A DNA stretch of 64,000 bases from Sphaerotilus sp. (GTDB lineage Bacteria > Pseudomonadota > Gammaproteobacteria > Burkholderiales > Burkholderiaceae_C): contig NZ_JANPAB010000030.1 in assembly GCF_031429695.1 (NCBI RefSeq), positions 32,569-96,568 of the forward strand. The letters run 5' to 3'. Both the position numbers and the translations under genes were made by a program. The notes beneath the pieces are model-generated. The model was not told the origin of the DNA. It did not search any database and was given only the letters and a program-made list of their open reading frames with translations. Positions 9,335 to 20,377 of this stretch are shown here, in pieces (position 1 is the first letter of the stretch; each line of letters opens with the position of its first letter).

Positions 9335-9846
9335 ATGAAACGCACGTCGGTCAGGCCCAGAAAGCCCAGCACGCTCTTCAGGTACGGCACCTGCGAGTCG
9401 TTCGGCGTATCGCGGTAGAGGCCGCCGCGGGCCAGTGCGACATACACCGTCTTGCCCTTGAGCAGGCCTTCCGGGCCGGTGGCGGTGTAGCGGAAGGTCA
9501 CGCCGGCCCGGGCGATGGCGTCGATCCAGCTCTTGAGCTGCACCGGCACGCCGAAGTTGTACATCGGCACACCCAGCACGATGGTGTCATGGGCCTGGAT
9601 CTCGGCGATCAGTACATCGTCGAGCGCGACGCGGGCGGCCTGCTCCGGGCTGCGGGCATCGGCCGGGGTGAACAGCGCGCCCAGTGCGGCCTCGTCCAGC
9701 AGCGGATGCGGCGTCACGGCGAGGTCACGCAGCGTCAGGGTCGCGCCGGGATTGGCGGCTTGCAGGCGGGCGGTGACCTGATTGGCCACGCGGGTCGAAT
9801 TCGCGCCGTCGCGGCGGGCACTGGCGTTGATCTGGAGGATGTTCAT
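9247..9846 (-). CDS. azoR: FMN-dependent NADH-azoreductase
   Basis: [41 protein letters not shown]. Confidence 0.93.
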   Translation of the reverse strand: MNILQINASARRDGANSTRVANQVTARLQAANPGATLTLRDLAVTPHPLLDEAALGALFTPADARSPEQAARVALDDVLIAEIQAHDTIVLGVPMYNFGVPVQLKSWIDAIARAGVTFRYTATGPEGLLKGKTVYVALARGGLYRDTPNDSQVPYLKSVLGFLGLTDVRFIYAEGLAMGADAVAKGFAEAEADLNAALA

Positions 9847-9916
9847 GGCGGTGTCCACAGTTTGGAGGAGATGACTGCACTTTAAGCGTCACCAATCTGC
9901 GGTGGAATCCGCCTGA

Positions 9917-10900
9917 ATGGATATGATTGTTCCAATCATGGAACAATCCAAGCTCTCCACGGACGCCGCAATCGACCCAAACGACCTGCTCATCTTCGCC
10001 CGCGTGGCCGAGCTGGGCAGCTTCAGCCGCGCCGCCGACCAGCTCGGTTTGCCCAAATCGACCGTCTCGCGCCGGCTGGCCGGGCTGGAACAGCGGGTCG
10101 GCGAGCGCCTGCTGCTGCGCACGACACGGCGCCAGACCCTCACCGAGTTCGGCACGCAACTGCTGGAACACGCCCAGCAGGTGGCGGCCGAGGTGGCGGC
10201 CGTCACAGCCCTGAGTGCCCACCGGCAGGCCGAGCCGAGCGGCCGGCTGCGCGTGTCGATGCCGAGCGATTTTGCCAACCTGCTGCTGGTCGATGCGCTG
10301 GCGGCGTTTGTCGCTCGGCACCCGGCGATCTCGCTGGAGCTGGACCTCTCGCCGCGGCGGGTCGATCTGCTGGGCGAGGGCTTCGATCTGGTAGTGCGGA
10401 TCGGCGACCTGCCCGATGACGGGCTGCTGGTGGCGCGCCGGCTGGCGGTGTTCCCCTCCGGCCTGTATGCCGCGCCAAGTTATCTGGCTGAACGGGCGGA
10501 GCCGATGGAGCCGGCCGATCTGGCCGCGCACCAGGCCGTGCGCAACCAGGGCAGCAACGGCGAGCCGGCTCCCTGGACGCTGATGCGCGACACGCAACGC
10601 TGGCAAGGTGTGCCGCCCGGCCGGGTCGGCGCCAATTCGCCCGAGCTGCTGATCCGGCTGGCACGCGCTGGTGCCGGCATCGCTGCAGTGCCGGACTATT
10701 TTGCGCAATCCGATGTACGCCAGGGGCGGCTGCAGCGTGTGCTGCCGGCGTGGTGCCTGCCAAGTCCGACGGCGTGGGTGGTGTTTCCGGGCCGGCGGTT
10801 GATGCCCGCCAAGACGCGGGTGTTCATCGACATGCTGCTGGCCGCGCTCGGCGGCGCGGATCAGCCGCCTGCGTCACCGCCCGCATCGCCGCTTACTTGA
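9917..10900 (+). CDS. LysR-family regulator (CrgA/DmlR-like); start uncertain
   Basis: [35 protein letters not shown]. Confidence 0.93.
   Translation: MDMIVPIMEQSKLSTDAAIDPNDLLIFARVAELGSFSRAADQLGLPKSTVSRRLAGLEQRVGERLLLRTTRRQTLTEFGTQLLEHAQQVAAEVAAVTALSAHRQAEPSGRLRVSMPSDFANLLLVDALAAFVARHPAISLELDLSPRRVDLLGEGFDLVVRIGDLPDDGLLVARRLAVFPSGLYAAPSYLAERAEPMEPADLAAHQAVRNQGSNGEPAPWTLMRDTQRWQGVPPGRVGANSPELLIRLARAGAGIAAVPDYFAQSDVRQGRLQRVLPAWCLPSPTAWVVFPGRRLMPAKTRVFIDMLLAALGGADQPPASPPASPLT
9926..9947. promoter_or_regulatory. Perfect inverted repeat between divergent azoR and the LysR gene, likely operator
   Basis: ATTGTTCCA-atca-TGGAACAAT. Confidence 0.6.
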
Positions 10901-11381
10901 CCGGAATCGGCTTGCCGACCGGCACCGCGGTGATGCTGTTCTTGGGCGAACCGTCGAGCAGCTTTTCCGAGTAGGTCATGTAGACCAGCGACTGCCGCTT
11001 CGCATCGACCACGCGCACGATGCGCAGCCGCTTGAACAGGATCGACAGCCGCTCGCTGAACACCTCGTCCTGCTGCGGCAGCGGCTGCTTGATGCGGATC
11101 TCACCGACCTGGCGGCAGGCGATGGAGGCATCCGACTTGTCGGTGGCGAGTCCGACAGCGCCGGTGATGCCGCCCGTCTTGGCCCGCGAGACGAAGCAGG
11201 TGACGCCCTCGACCAGCGGGTCGTCGTAGGCTTCGATGACGATCTTGTGGTTCGGGCCGATCAGCTTGAAGGCGGTGCTGACTTCGCCGAGGGTTTCAGC
11301 ATGCGCAGGCAAAGCGAACGTGGCGGCCAGCACCAGCGCGGACAGGGCACCGCGGCCAAGGAAGGAGGTAGGTTTCTGCAT
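10893..11381 (-). CDS. creA: CreA family protein
   Basis: Signal peptide; [38 protein letters not shown]. Confidence 0.88.
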   Translation of the reverse strand: MQKPTSFLGRGALSALVLAATFALPAHAETLGEVSTAFKLIGPNHKIVIEAYDDPLVEGVTCFVSRAKTGGITGAVGLATDKSDASIACRQVGEIRIKQPLPQQDEVFSERLSILFKRLRIVRVVDAKRQSLVYMTYSEKLLDGSPKNSITAVPVGKPIPVK

Positions 11382-11413
11382 GGACCGAGATGATGAACGA
11401 AAATCGTGGCGCC

Positions 11414-12385
11414 ATGCACGCCCATCCCAAAGCCCCTGCCCCGCCCGCCGCACCCGCGGTCCTCCCCACCGTCCTCATCAGCGAAGTCGGCCCCCGCGAC
11501 GGCTTGCAGAGCGTGCAGGCCGTGATGCCGACTGCGTACAAGCTGGCCTGGATCGACGCGCTGCACACCAGCGGTCTGCGCGAGATCGAGGTCGGCTCCT
11601 TCGTGCCAGCGCGCGCGCTGCCGCAGATGGCCGATGTCGCCGACGTGGTGCGCCATGCGACCGCCCTGCCCGGCTGGGTCGTGATGGCGCTGGTGCCGAA
11701 CCTGCGGGGCGCGGAGGCGGCGCTGGCGGCCGGCGTCCACAAGCTGACGATCCCCGTCTCGGCCAGCGAGGCGCATTCGCTCGCCAACGTGCGCCGCAGC
11801 CGGGTCGAGATGGTGGCGGTGGTGCGCGAGATCGTGGCGCTGCGGGATGCGGTGGCGCCGGGCGTGCCGATCGAGATCGGCATGTCCACGGCGTTCGGCT
11901 GCACGCTCCAGGGCGCCGTGGCGGACGACGAGGTGGTCTGGCTGGCCGAGCAGCTCGCGGCAGCGGGCGTGGACGAGATCGGGCTGTCCGACACGACCGG
12001 CATGGCGAACCCGGCCCAGGTGCGGCGGCTGTTCCAGCGGGTGCGCGCTGCGGTCGGCGACAAGACCGGCTCGGCGCATATGCACAACACCCGCGGGCTG
12101 GGGCTGGCGAACTGCCTCGCCGCCTACGACGTGGGCGTGCGGACGTTTGATGCGTCGCTCGGCGGGCTGGGCGGCTGTCCCTATGCGCCGGGGGCGTCGG
12201 GGAATGTGGTGACCGAGGATCTGGTGTTCATGTTCGAGGCGATGGGCGTGGACACCGGGGTGAACCTCGGGCGGCTGATCGCGGCAAGGGAGGCGCTGAA
12301 GGCAGGGCTGCCGGGGGAGGCGCTGTACGGGATGACGCCGGAGGCGGGGCTGCCCAAGGGATTTGCCGGGCGCCGCACCGCCTGA
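11414..12385 (+). CDS. Hydroxymethylglutaryl-CoA lyase family protein
   Basis: [39 protein letters not shown]. Alternative start 11390. Confidence 0.88.
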   Translation: MHAHPKAPAPPAAPAVLPTVLISEVGPRDGLQSVQAVMPTAYKLAWIDALHTSGLREIEVGSFVPARALPQMADVADVVRHATALPGWVVMALVPNLRGAEAALAAGVHKLTIPVSASEAHSLANVRRSRVEMVAVVREIVALRDAVAPGVPIEIGMSTAFGCTLQGAVADDEVVWLAEQLAAAGVDEIGLSDTTGMANPAQVRRLFQRVRAAVGDKTGSAHMHNTRGLGLANCLAAYDVGVRTFDASLGGLGGCPYAPGASGNVVTEDLVFMFEAMGVDTGVNLGRLIAAREALKAGLPGEALYGMTPEAGLPKGFAGRRTA

Positions 12386-14383
12386 TCAGAACGCCCAGGC
12401 CGCCAACTCGAAGTAGTCGAATCCCCCGCTGCGCCCACCCAGGCACGCCCCGAGGAAGTCCTCGACCCGCCGCTCTGCCCGCAGCCGCTGCCCCCAGCTC
12501 CACGAGCGCGACAGGTGCCCCGCCCCGGACAGCAGCAGGTAGTCCACGGGCTGCTCCCGCGCCTGCATCGCGTTGACCACCATGTCCGACTGGTCCTGCC
12601 GCACACGCACGTCGTTGGTGGTCTGGATCACCAGCAGCGGCTTGGTGATCGCCGCCGTGCGGTGGACCGGTGATTTGGCTTTCATCACCTCGCGCTCGGA
12701 CGGGACCGCCGGATTGCCGACGTAGCGGTGCCAGATCTGCATGTTCGGCTCCCAGTACGGCGGCACGTTCTCCACCAGCGACACCAGGTCCGACACGCCC
12801 ACCGTGTCGACGCCGCAGGCGAACCGCTCGGGCGTGAACGTCAGCCCCACCAGCGTCGCGTAGCCGCCGTAGCTCGCGCCCATGATCGCCACGCGCTGCG
12901 GATCGGCCACGCCCTGCGCCACCGCCCAGTCCACCGCATCGAGCAGGTCATCGTGCATCTTGCCGGCGAACTCGCCGATGGCCGCGAGCTGGTGGCGCCG
13001 GCCGTAGCCGGTCGAGCCGCGGTAGTTGACCTGCAGCACCGCGTAGCCCCGGTTGGCGAGGAACTGCGTGCTGCCCAGGCCGTTGTCCCAGTAGTCCCGC
13101 GCCCACGGCCCGCCATGGACGTGCAGCACCATCGGCCCCGGCGGACGCCGCTCATGACCGGGCGGCAGCGTGAGGTAGCCATACAGCGGCAGGCCATCGC
13201 GCGCCGTGAACTGCACCGGCCGCGTCACGCCGAGCTGTCCGGGGTAGGCGTTGGCGGTGCCCTGCCCCAGCTCGGTCGTGCGGCCCGTGCGGCGGTCGAG
13301 CAGCAGGTAACGGCGCTCGGTGTCGGTGTCCGCCAGCACCGTCAGCAGGCGCCCGTCCTGGCTGATGCTGAGCAAGCCCAGCCGGCGCGGACGCTCGGGA
13401 AAGAAGCGGTCGAGATCCCGCGCCCACTCGGCATCCAGCGGGTAGATGCGCTGGTGGCCGGGATGGGACAAGGCCGCTAGCGGCTCGCGGGTCTGCGGGA
13501 GCAGCCAGACCCAGTCGATGTCCACGTCCGGATCGTCCTGGATCACCCGCTGCTGCCCGGTGCCCACGTCCAGATGCACCAGCGCCCGCCGCTCGCGCCC
13601 CTGGTTGGTGACGAGGTAGAAGCCGCGCCGCTGCGCATCCGGCCCGACCACCGTGACGAGGTCATCGGTGTGCCAGCGCAGCACCTCGCGGGCCTCGGCG
13701 ATATCGGTGAACGAGGCGTGCAGGCTGACCACCTCACCCTGCTTGCGCACGACGCCCACCACCTGCCCCGCCCGGTCGGTCACGACGCCGAGCGCATCGC
13801 CGGGATTACGCTGCACCAGCGTTTCCTTGCCCGTCTCGATGTGCAGCCGGTAGAGGTCGAACAGCCGCCGGTCGCGCCGGTTGTGCAGCACCAGCACGTG
13901 TTTCGGATCGTCCTCCAGCATCTGGTGCAGATGCACCGCCACGCCCGGAAACGGCGTCAGATCCCGCGCCCGCGGCTCGCTCGCCAGCGTGTCGAGCGCC
14001 ATGAGGTGGTAGTTCTCGTTGCCACCCTGGTCGCGGCTGAACAGCACATGCCGGCTGTCCTGCGCCCACCGGAAACCCCCCAGGCCCAACGCCACCACGC
14101 GGTCCACGCCCGTCGGCTGGCCGTCCGCATCGACCGGGCGGACGAACAGCGCCGGACCGGTGCCGTACACACCGATCCAGCCGAGCTGCCCGCCATCCGG
14201 CGAGAGCTGGTAGTCGCCGGCCGAGCGTTTGTTGGCGAAAAAATCGCGGGCAGGGATCAGCGGAGGCAGCGTGTCGCCTTGCAAGGCGGCGTGCTTCGGT
14301 GCGACGGCACAGCCGGCTTGCAACACGACCAGCAGCCACGGAAGACACCAGTTCAGCCAACGGGAACGGGCAATGGTCCGCAT
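12386..14383 (-). CDS. S9 family peptidase, exported
   Basis: N-terminal signal; HVHGGPW, NYRGSTGYG, GASYGG, DVRV, GAGH. Confidence 0.9.
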   Translation of the reverse strand: MRTIARSRWLNWCLPWLLVVLQAGCAVAPKHAALQGDTLPPLIPARDFFANKRSAGDYQLSPDGGQLGWIGVYGTGPALFVRPVDADGQPTGVDRVVALGLGGFRWAQDSRHVLFSRDQGGNENYHLMALDTLASEPRARDLTPFPGVAVHLHQMLEDDPKHVLVLHNRRDRRLFDLYRLHIETGKETLVQRNPGDALGVVTDRAGQVVGVVRKQGEVVSLHASFTDIAEAREVLRWHTDDLVTVVGPDAQRRGFYLVTNQGRERRALVHLDVGTGQQRVIQDDPDVDIDWVWLLPQTREPLAALSHPGHQRIYPLDAEWARDLDRFFPERPRRLGLLSISQDGRLLTVLADTDTERRYLLLDRRTGRTTELGQGTANAYPGQLGVTRPVQFTARDGLPLYGYLTLPPGHERRPPGPMVLHVHGGPWARDYWDNGLGSTQFLANRGYAVLQVNYRGSTGYGRRHQLAAIGEFAGKMHDDLLDAVDWAVAQGVADPQRVAIMGASYGGYATLVGLTFTPERFACGVDTVGVSDLVSLVENVPPYWEPNMQIWHRYVGNPAVPSEREVMKAKSPVHRTAAITKPLLVIQTTNDVRVRQDQSDMVVNAMQAREQPVDYLLLSGAGHLSRSWSWGQRLRAERRVEDFLGACLGGRSGGFDYFELAAWAF

Positions 14384-14402
14384 GAAAACCTTTCAGGTGC
14401 TG

Positions 14403-15287
14403 TCAAGTGGAAGGGGCGCGCAAGGCCCGCGCGTGGTGCGCCACATGGTCATCCACCACGCTGGCGATGAAGTAGTAGCCGTGGTCATACCCCGTGTGCC
14501 GCCGCAATGTCAGCGGCTGGCCGACCGACGCACACGCCGCCTCGAACGCATCCGGATGCAACTGCTCGGCCAGGAACTTGTCCGCCAGCCCCTGGTCGAT
14601 CAGGATGCCTTCGGGGTACGGCGCCCCGTCCTGCCGCGCCATCAGCACGCTGGCGTCGTGGTCGCCCCAGGTCGATTTGTCTTGCCCAAGGTAGCCGGTG
14701 AACGCCTTGTGGCCCCACGGGCACTGCGTCGGCGCACAGATCGGCGCGAACGCCGACACGCTCGCGAACCGGCCCGGATGCCGCAGCGCCAGCGTCAGCG
14801 CGCCGTGGCCACCCATCGAGTGCCCGGAAATGCCCAGTCGCGTGCCATCCAGCCCGCACTGCGCCACCACCGCCGGGATCAGCTCGCGCAGCAGGTGGCT
14901 TTCCATGCGCCAGTGGCCGGCCCACGGGGGCTGCGTGGCGTCCAGGTAGAAACCCGCGCCGACGCCGAAATCCCAGTGGTCCGCTTCACCGATCACGCCG
15001 GCGCCTCGCGGGCTGGTGTCGGGCATCAGCAGCGCCAGCCCGTGTGCCGCCGCAGCGCGCTGGGCGCCAGCCTTCATCGTGAAGGTCTCTTCGGTGCAGG
15101 TCAGCCCGGCCAGAAAGATCAGCAGCGGCACGGCCTCACCTGCCAGCGCCTGCTTCGGCAGGAACAGCGCGAACCGCATCGGCAGGCCAATCTCCCGCGA
15201 CGCATGGCGATAGAACCGCTGCACGCCGCCGAAGCAGCCGTGTTCGCTGACGAGTTCCAGCCCGTCTAAAGTGGTCGCGGGCACCAT
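14403..15287 (-). CDS. fghA: S-formylglutathione hydrolase
   Basis: LAGLTC, WDFGVGAGFY, GHSMGG, GYDHGYYF. Confidence 0.95.
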   Translation of the reverse strand: MVPATTLDGLELVSEHGCFGGVQRFYRHASREIGLPMRFALFLPKQALAGEAVPLLIFLAGLTCTEETFTMKAGAQRAAAAHGLALLMPDTSPRGAGVIGEADHWDFGVGAGFYLDATQPPWAGHWRMESHLLRELIPAVVAQCGLDGTRLGISGHSMGGHGALTLALRHPGRFASVSAFAPICAPTQCPWGHKAFTGYLGQDKSTWGDHDASVLMARQDGAPYPEGILIDQGLADKFLAEQLHPDAFEAACASVGQPLTLRRHTGYDHGYYFIASVVDDHVAHHARALRAPST

Positions 15288-15289
15288 GC

Positions 15290-16408
<1,119 letters not shown>

Positions 16409-16467
16409 GGCGGCGGTTCTCCAGGGTGGAAAAGGGATCCGGAGAAGATACATCGCAATTCGGTCCA

Positions 16468-17892
16468 TCACGGCTTGGCCGCGCCTCCTTTGCGAACCGT
16501 CCAGCCGCTCGTCTGCATCGTCACCCAGCCACCGGCACGCAGGTTCGCGGGAAGGTCGGTGATCTCGATCTGGGTGCCATCCAGATTGAGCCAGGCCCCG
16601 ACGTGCAGACCCGGGGGCAGCGCCTGCAGGAGCGTGTCACGCACATCCAGGTTCCCGGCGACGAACAGCCCCGTCGGCAGCGACCGGAACGGCGCCCCGC
16701 GCAGGTGGAGCGGGCCATGGATGCGCAGCATCCCCTCGGGCAGCGCACTCACCTGGGTGTGCGAGAGGTCCAGACCACCGCCCACCTGCAAGCCCTGCGG
16801 CAACGCTCGAACCTGGGTGCGTGCGATCACCAGCCGGCCGCCGACCACCAGGGCCTCGGGCAACGCCTCGATCAGCGTCCCGCCGAGGCACAAGCTGCCC
16901 CCGACGCTGAAACCGGCCGGCAGCGACCGGATCGGCAGACCACTCGCGTCGAGCGAGCCACGCACCACCAGGTCATCGGGCAATGTGTCGATCTGCGTTT
17001 TCACGAGACACAGGTCACCTCCCACCACCAGACCCGCCGGCAGCGACCGGATCGGCATGCCCCGCAGGTCCAGGTCCCCGCCCACCGACAGGCCGGCAGG
17101 CAAGGCCGTGATCAGGGTCCCTTGAACATGCAGATCTCCTCCGACGCTCAGCCCTGGCGGCAATGCCGCCACCGCCGTGTCGGTCAGATTCAGCGACCCG
17201 AACACCTGCAAACCTTCGGGCAATCGGACGACCAAGGTACCGCCAAGATTTAGGCTATCCCGCACCACCAGCCCCTCGGGCAGGTGCTCCACGAGCGTTT
17301 CGAGCAGGTCCAGCGAACCTTCGACCACCAGGCCGGCCGGCAGCTCACACATCGGCGTCAACCCCAGATCCAGCAATCCGCCCACCCGCACGCCGGGTGG
17401 CAGTCGGCTCACCTTCGTGCCCCGCAGGTCGAGGCGGCCTTCGACCGTCAGATGCTCAGGCAAGGCTTGCAGCGGCGTGTGGGACAGGTCCAGATCACCC
17501 CGGATCACCAAGCGCTCGGGCAGGGACTCGATCCGGGACAGGCTCAGGTCGAGATCGCCACCGATGTTCAGTCCTGCCGGCAGCGAACGCAGCCGGGTAC
17601 CGGTCAGGCAGACCCTGCCGTCCACCTGCAGATCCGCCGGCAAGTCCTCGATCTGCAAGCCGGAGGCCAACAGGTTGCCAGTCACCCGCAGCCGCAACGG
17701 CAGGTGGCGAATCGACGAACCGCGCAACTGGAGGTTGCCCCGAACCTCCAGGCCGTCGGGCAGCCACTGGATCGCGCAGTATTCCAGATCCAGCGTGTCC
17801 CGGACCAGCCAACCCGTCGCGGTGCGGGTCATCTCGTCGCCCATTTCGAGGATCAAGTCATCCAGATCCTCCGTCATGTCATCCGGTTCCAT
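16468..17892 (-). CDS. Protein of about 20 tandem 20-aa leucine-rich-repeat-like units
   Basis: Consensus LPxGLxVxGxLxLxxTxIxx; GGAGG RBS upstream. Confidence 0.85.
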   Translation of the reverse strand: MEPDDMTEDLDDLILEMGDEMTRTATGWLVRDTLDLEYCAIQWLPDGLEVRGNLQLRGSSIRHLPLRLRVTGNLLASGLQIEDLPADLQVDGRVCLTGTRLRSLPAGLNIGGDLDLSLSRIESLPERLVIRGDLDLSHTPLQALPEHLTVEGRLDLRGTKVSRLPPGVRVGGLLDLGLTPMCELPAGLVVEGSLDLLETLVEHLPEGLVVRDSLNLGGTLVVRLPEGLQVFGSLNLTDTAVAALPPGLSVGGDLHVQGTLITALPAGLSVGGDLDLRGMPIRSLPAGLVVGGDLCLVKTQIDTLPDDLVVRGSLDASGLPIRSLPAGFSVGGSLCLGGTLIEALPEALVVGGRLVIARTQVRALPQGLQVGGGLDLSHTQVSALPEGMLRIHGPLHLRGAPFRSLPTGLFVAGNLDVRDTLLQALPPGLHVGAWLNLDGTQIEITDLPANLRAGGWVTMQTSGWTVRKGGAAKP

Positions 17893-17980
17893 GGGTACCT
17901 CCAGGTCAGGGCTTCGTGTGATCCGACTCTAGCCGGACCCCGGTGCTGCAGCCATCCCGGCCACCCCATAGACTGTCGCC

Positions 17981-18742
17981 ATGAACCTGACTTCCCCCAC
18001 CACCACCCTCCTCGTCACCGGCGGCAGCCGCGGCATCGGCGCCGCAGTGGCACGGCTGGCCGCCCGACAGGGCCACACCGTCTGCCTGAGCTACCACCAG
18101 CAGCGCGAACAGGCCGAGGCGCTCGTCGCGCAGATCCGCGCCGAGGGCGGCCATGCGCTGGCGGTGCAGGCCGATGTCGCGGTCGAGGCGGACGTGCTGC
18201 GGCTGTTCGAGCGCCTCGACGCCGAACCCGGGCGGCTGGTCGGGCTGGTCAACAACGCCGGCATGCTGGAGCGGCAGGCGCGCGTGATCGACATGGACGC
18301 CGCCCGGCTGCGGCGCGTGTTCGACACCAACGTCGTCGGCAGCTTCCTCTGTGCGCGGGAAGCGGTGCGGCGGATGTCCACGGCGCGGGGTGGCACGGGC
18401 GGTGCCATCGTCAACCTGTCCTCGCGGGCCGCCCGGCTGGGGTCACCGGGCGAGTTCGTCGATTACGCGGCGTCCAAGGGCGCCATCGACAGCTTCACCA
18501 TTGGCCTGGCGCGTGAGGTGGCCGCCGAGGGCATCCGCGTCAACGCGGTCGCCCCGGGGTTGATCGAGACCGAGATCCACGCCAGCAGCGGCGAACCGGG
18601 GCGGGTCGAGCGGCTCAAGGCCGGCGTGCCGATGCAGCGTGGCGGGCATCCCGATGAGGTGGCGCGGGCCGTGTTGTGGCTGCTGTCGGCCGAGGCGTCC
18701 TACATCACGGGGACGGTGCTGGACGTGTCGGGCGGACGCTGA
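17981..18742 (+). CDS. Short-chain dehydrogenase/reductase
   Basis: TGGSRGIG, NNAG, YAASK, NAVAPG. Confidence 0.93.
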   Translation: MNLTSPTTTLLVTGGSRGIGAAVARLAARQGHTVCLSYHQQREQAEALVAQIRAEGGHALAVQADVAVEADVLRLFERLDAEPGRLVGLVNNAGMLERQARVIDMDAARLRRVFDTNVVGSFLCAREAVRRMSTARGGTGGAIVNLSSRAARLGSPGEFVDYAASKGAIDSFTIGLAREVAAEGIRVNAVAPGLIETEIHASSGEPGRVERLKAGVPMQRGGHPDEVARAVLWLLSAEASYITGTVLDVSGGR

Positions 18743-18745
18743 GGC

Positions 18746-18907
18746 TCAGGCCGAATTCCCTGCCGCAAGCTGCTCGCCCAGCGCGGTATCGATCCCTTTG
18801 GCCGTCACGTAGGCAGGCCGGGTGACCAGCCGGGCCGCGTAGTCCTCGAACTAGGGCCGGTGGGTGTAGAGGACAAGGTCGCACCAGGCATCATCGATGA
18901 GCGGCAT
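18746..18907 (-). pseudogene. Glutathione S-transferase C-terminal remnant with internal stop
   Basis: Manual translation ...THRP*FEDYAARLVTRPAYVTAKGIDTAL; in-frame TAG at 18851-18853. Confidence 0.55.
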
Positions 18908-18964
18908 GGTCAGGCTCCGGTAGAGGTCGGTGGAAATCGATGATAGCCAGACCTCGCCGGTCGC

Positions 18965-20035
18965 TCAGGAATTGCGCTGCTCCGCGCCCCGCAGCAGCTT
19001 GGCGGCGGTGGACATTTTCAGGACCACCTGCGACGGCATGAGGAAGGGGTAGCTGTCCGCCACGCCGATGCTCCGGTTGATGGCGTTCAGGAATTGCGCC
19101 ACGGGGAGCCACTGGAACAGCAGCAGATCGCTCCAGGACTGGGCGTAGAGCAGGTCCGCGGACGGCTGGGACGTGGCGACCGGACTGGACAGCGACAGTC
19201 CCCATGCCTGTGCCGTCTCGACCGCGTCCTGCACCAGCAGCACATGGGCGCAGGTCTCGGCCCAGTCCTCGTGGGGATGCGAGCTGGCGTAGACGCTGAT
19301 GTGGTGCTGGGCCCAGTCCGCCGGTGGACCGTCCGCGTGGTGACGGGCCAAGGCCTGACCATAGTCGGCCCGCTCGTCACCGAACACCTCGCGAAAGAGG
19401 CCGGTCGCTTCGCTGTCGGTCTCGATCCATCGGTACTGCAGGTAGTGGCTGGTTTCGTGGCGCACGTGACCCAGCAGAGTGCGCCAAGGCTCTCCGAAGT
19501 CGGACCGGACCGACTCGCGGTGCACGCTGTCGGCCTCGTCCAGGCTCAGGATGATCGTTCCACGGTCGTGACCCGTCATCACCGGCGGCTGGCACGGTTG
19601 AGACGCCAGGAAGTGGAAGGCCAGACCGAGACCGTCGCCGGGATCCTTCTTGGGCTCGGGCTTCAACCCGATCCGCAGGAGGCCATAGACCAGGCGGCGC
19701 TTGGCCTGCTCGTATTCGGCCCACATCTGGCGGTGACCCGCGACGCTCAGGTCCGGCCGCGTCAAGGTGAGCCGGCAACTCTGGCAGAGCTGTTGCGGAT
19801 CGTTGTCCGTGACCATCCAGTTGCAGGCGGAATACGCGAGGCGGGTGCGGCAGGGCTGCATCGGCGGGCCAGCGTCCCCCGGAAGCCGCCCCGGTACGTC
19901 AGGGACACCTGGCAGATCGAAGGCCATCATCTGCATGCCCACGGGGTCAAACCCCAGGGTGGCACCGCAGTTCAGGCACTCGGTGTTTTCGAAGAAGAGG
20001 CTGTGCTGGCACTTCGGGCAGGTGTAAGGGCGCAT
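18965..20035 (-). CDS. Putative zinc-binding metallopeptidase with N-terminal zinc ribbon
   Basis: CPKC/CLNC ribbon; EPWRTLLGHVRHETSHY (HExxH); HPHEDWAET. Confidence 0.85.
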   Translation of the reverse strand: MRPYTCPKCQHSLFFENTECLNCGATLGFDPVGMQMMAFDLPGVPDVPGRLPGDAGPPMQPCRTRLAYSACNWMVTDNDPQQLCQSCRLTLTRPDLSVAGHRQMWAEYEQAKRRLVYGLLRIGLKPEPKKDPGDGLGLAFHFLASQPCQPPVMTGHDRGTIILSLDEADSVHRESVRSDFGEPWRTLLGHVRHETSHYLQYRWIETDSEATGLFREVFGDERADYGQALARHHADGPPADWAQHHISVYASSHPHEDWAETCAHVLLVQDAVETAQAWGLSLSSPVATSQPSADLLYAQSWSDLLLFQWLPVAQFLNAINRSIGVADSYPFLMPSQVVLKMSTAAKLLRGAEQRNS

Positions 20036-20039
20036 GAAT

Positions 20040-20204
20040 TCAGCCCTTGCGCATGAGCCCCATCAGGAAGGAAATGGCGGCGAAGACCAGGAACACGAGG
20101 AACAGGATCTTGGCGATGCCGGCCGCACCGGCGGCGAGGCCGCCAAAGCCGAGCACGGCGGCGATCAGGGCGATGACCAGGAATACGACGGTGTAGTGCA
20201 GCAT
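20040..20204 (-). CDS. DUF1328 small membrane protein
   Basis: [29 protein letters not shown]. Confidence 0.9.
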   Translation of the reverse strand: MLHYTVVFLVIALIAAVLGFGGLAAGAAGIAKILFLVFLVFAAISFLMGLMRKG

Positions 20205-20360
20205 GGTGACTCCTGTGCGAAGGGGGCCTTGAGGCTCCGGGAGGGGTGAGCGCGGCGTGGTGCGTGGGAGTTGCCGCGGTGGATCCACTTTAGGAGTCCC
20301 CCTGTCCGCTGGGAGGCAGACCGCGCCCCGGTGCGGTGTCGGATCGAGAGGGGCGTGGTC

Positions 20361-20376
20361 GTAGGTACCGTCCTAC
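20361..20376. promoter_or_regulatory. Inverted repeat GTAGG-N6-CCTAC upstream of DUF1328
   Basis: GTAGGtaccgtCCTAC; related copy at 21845-21860. Confidence 0.4.
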
Positions 20377-20377
20377 C

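Noticed and set aside
16468-17892. 60-bp periodicity as a possible CRISPR array or VNTR
   Set aside because: The units are degenerate and protein-coding, with no identical repeats or spacers.
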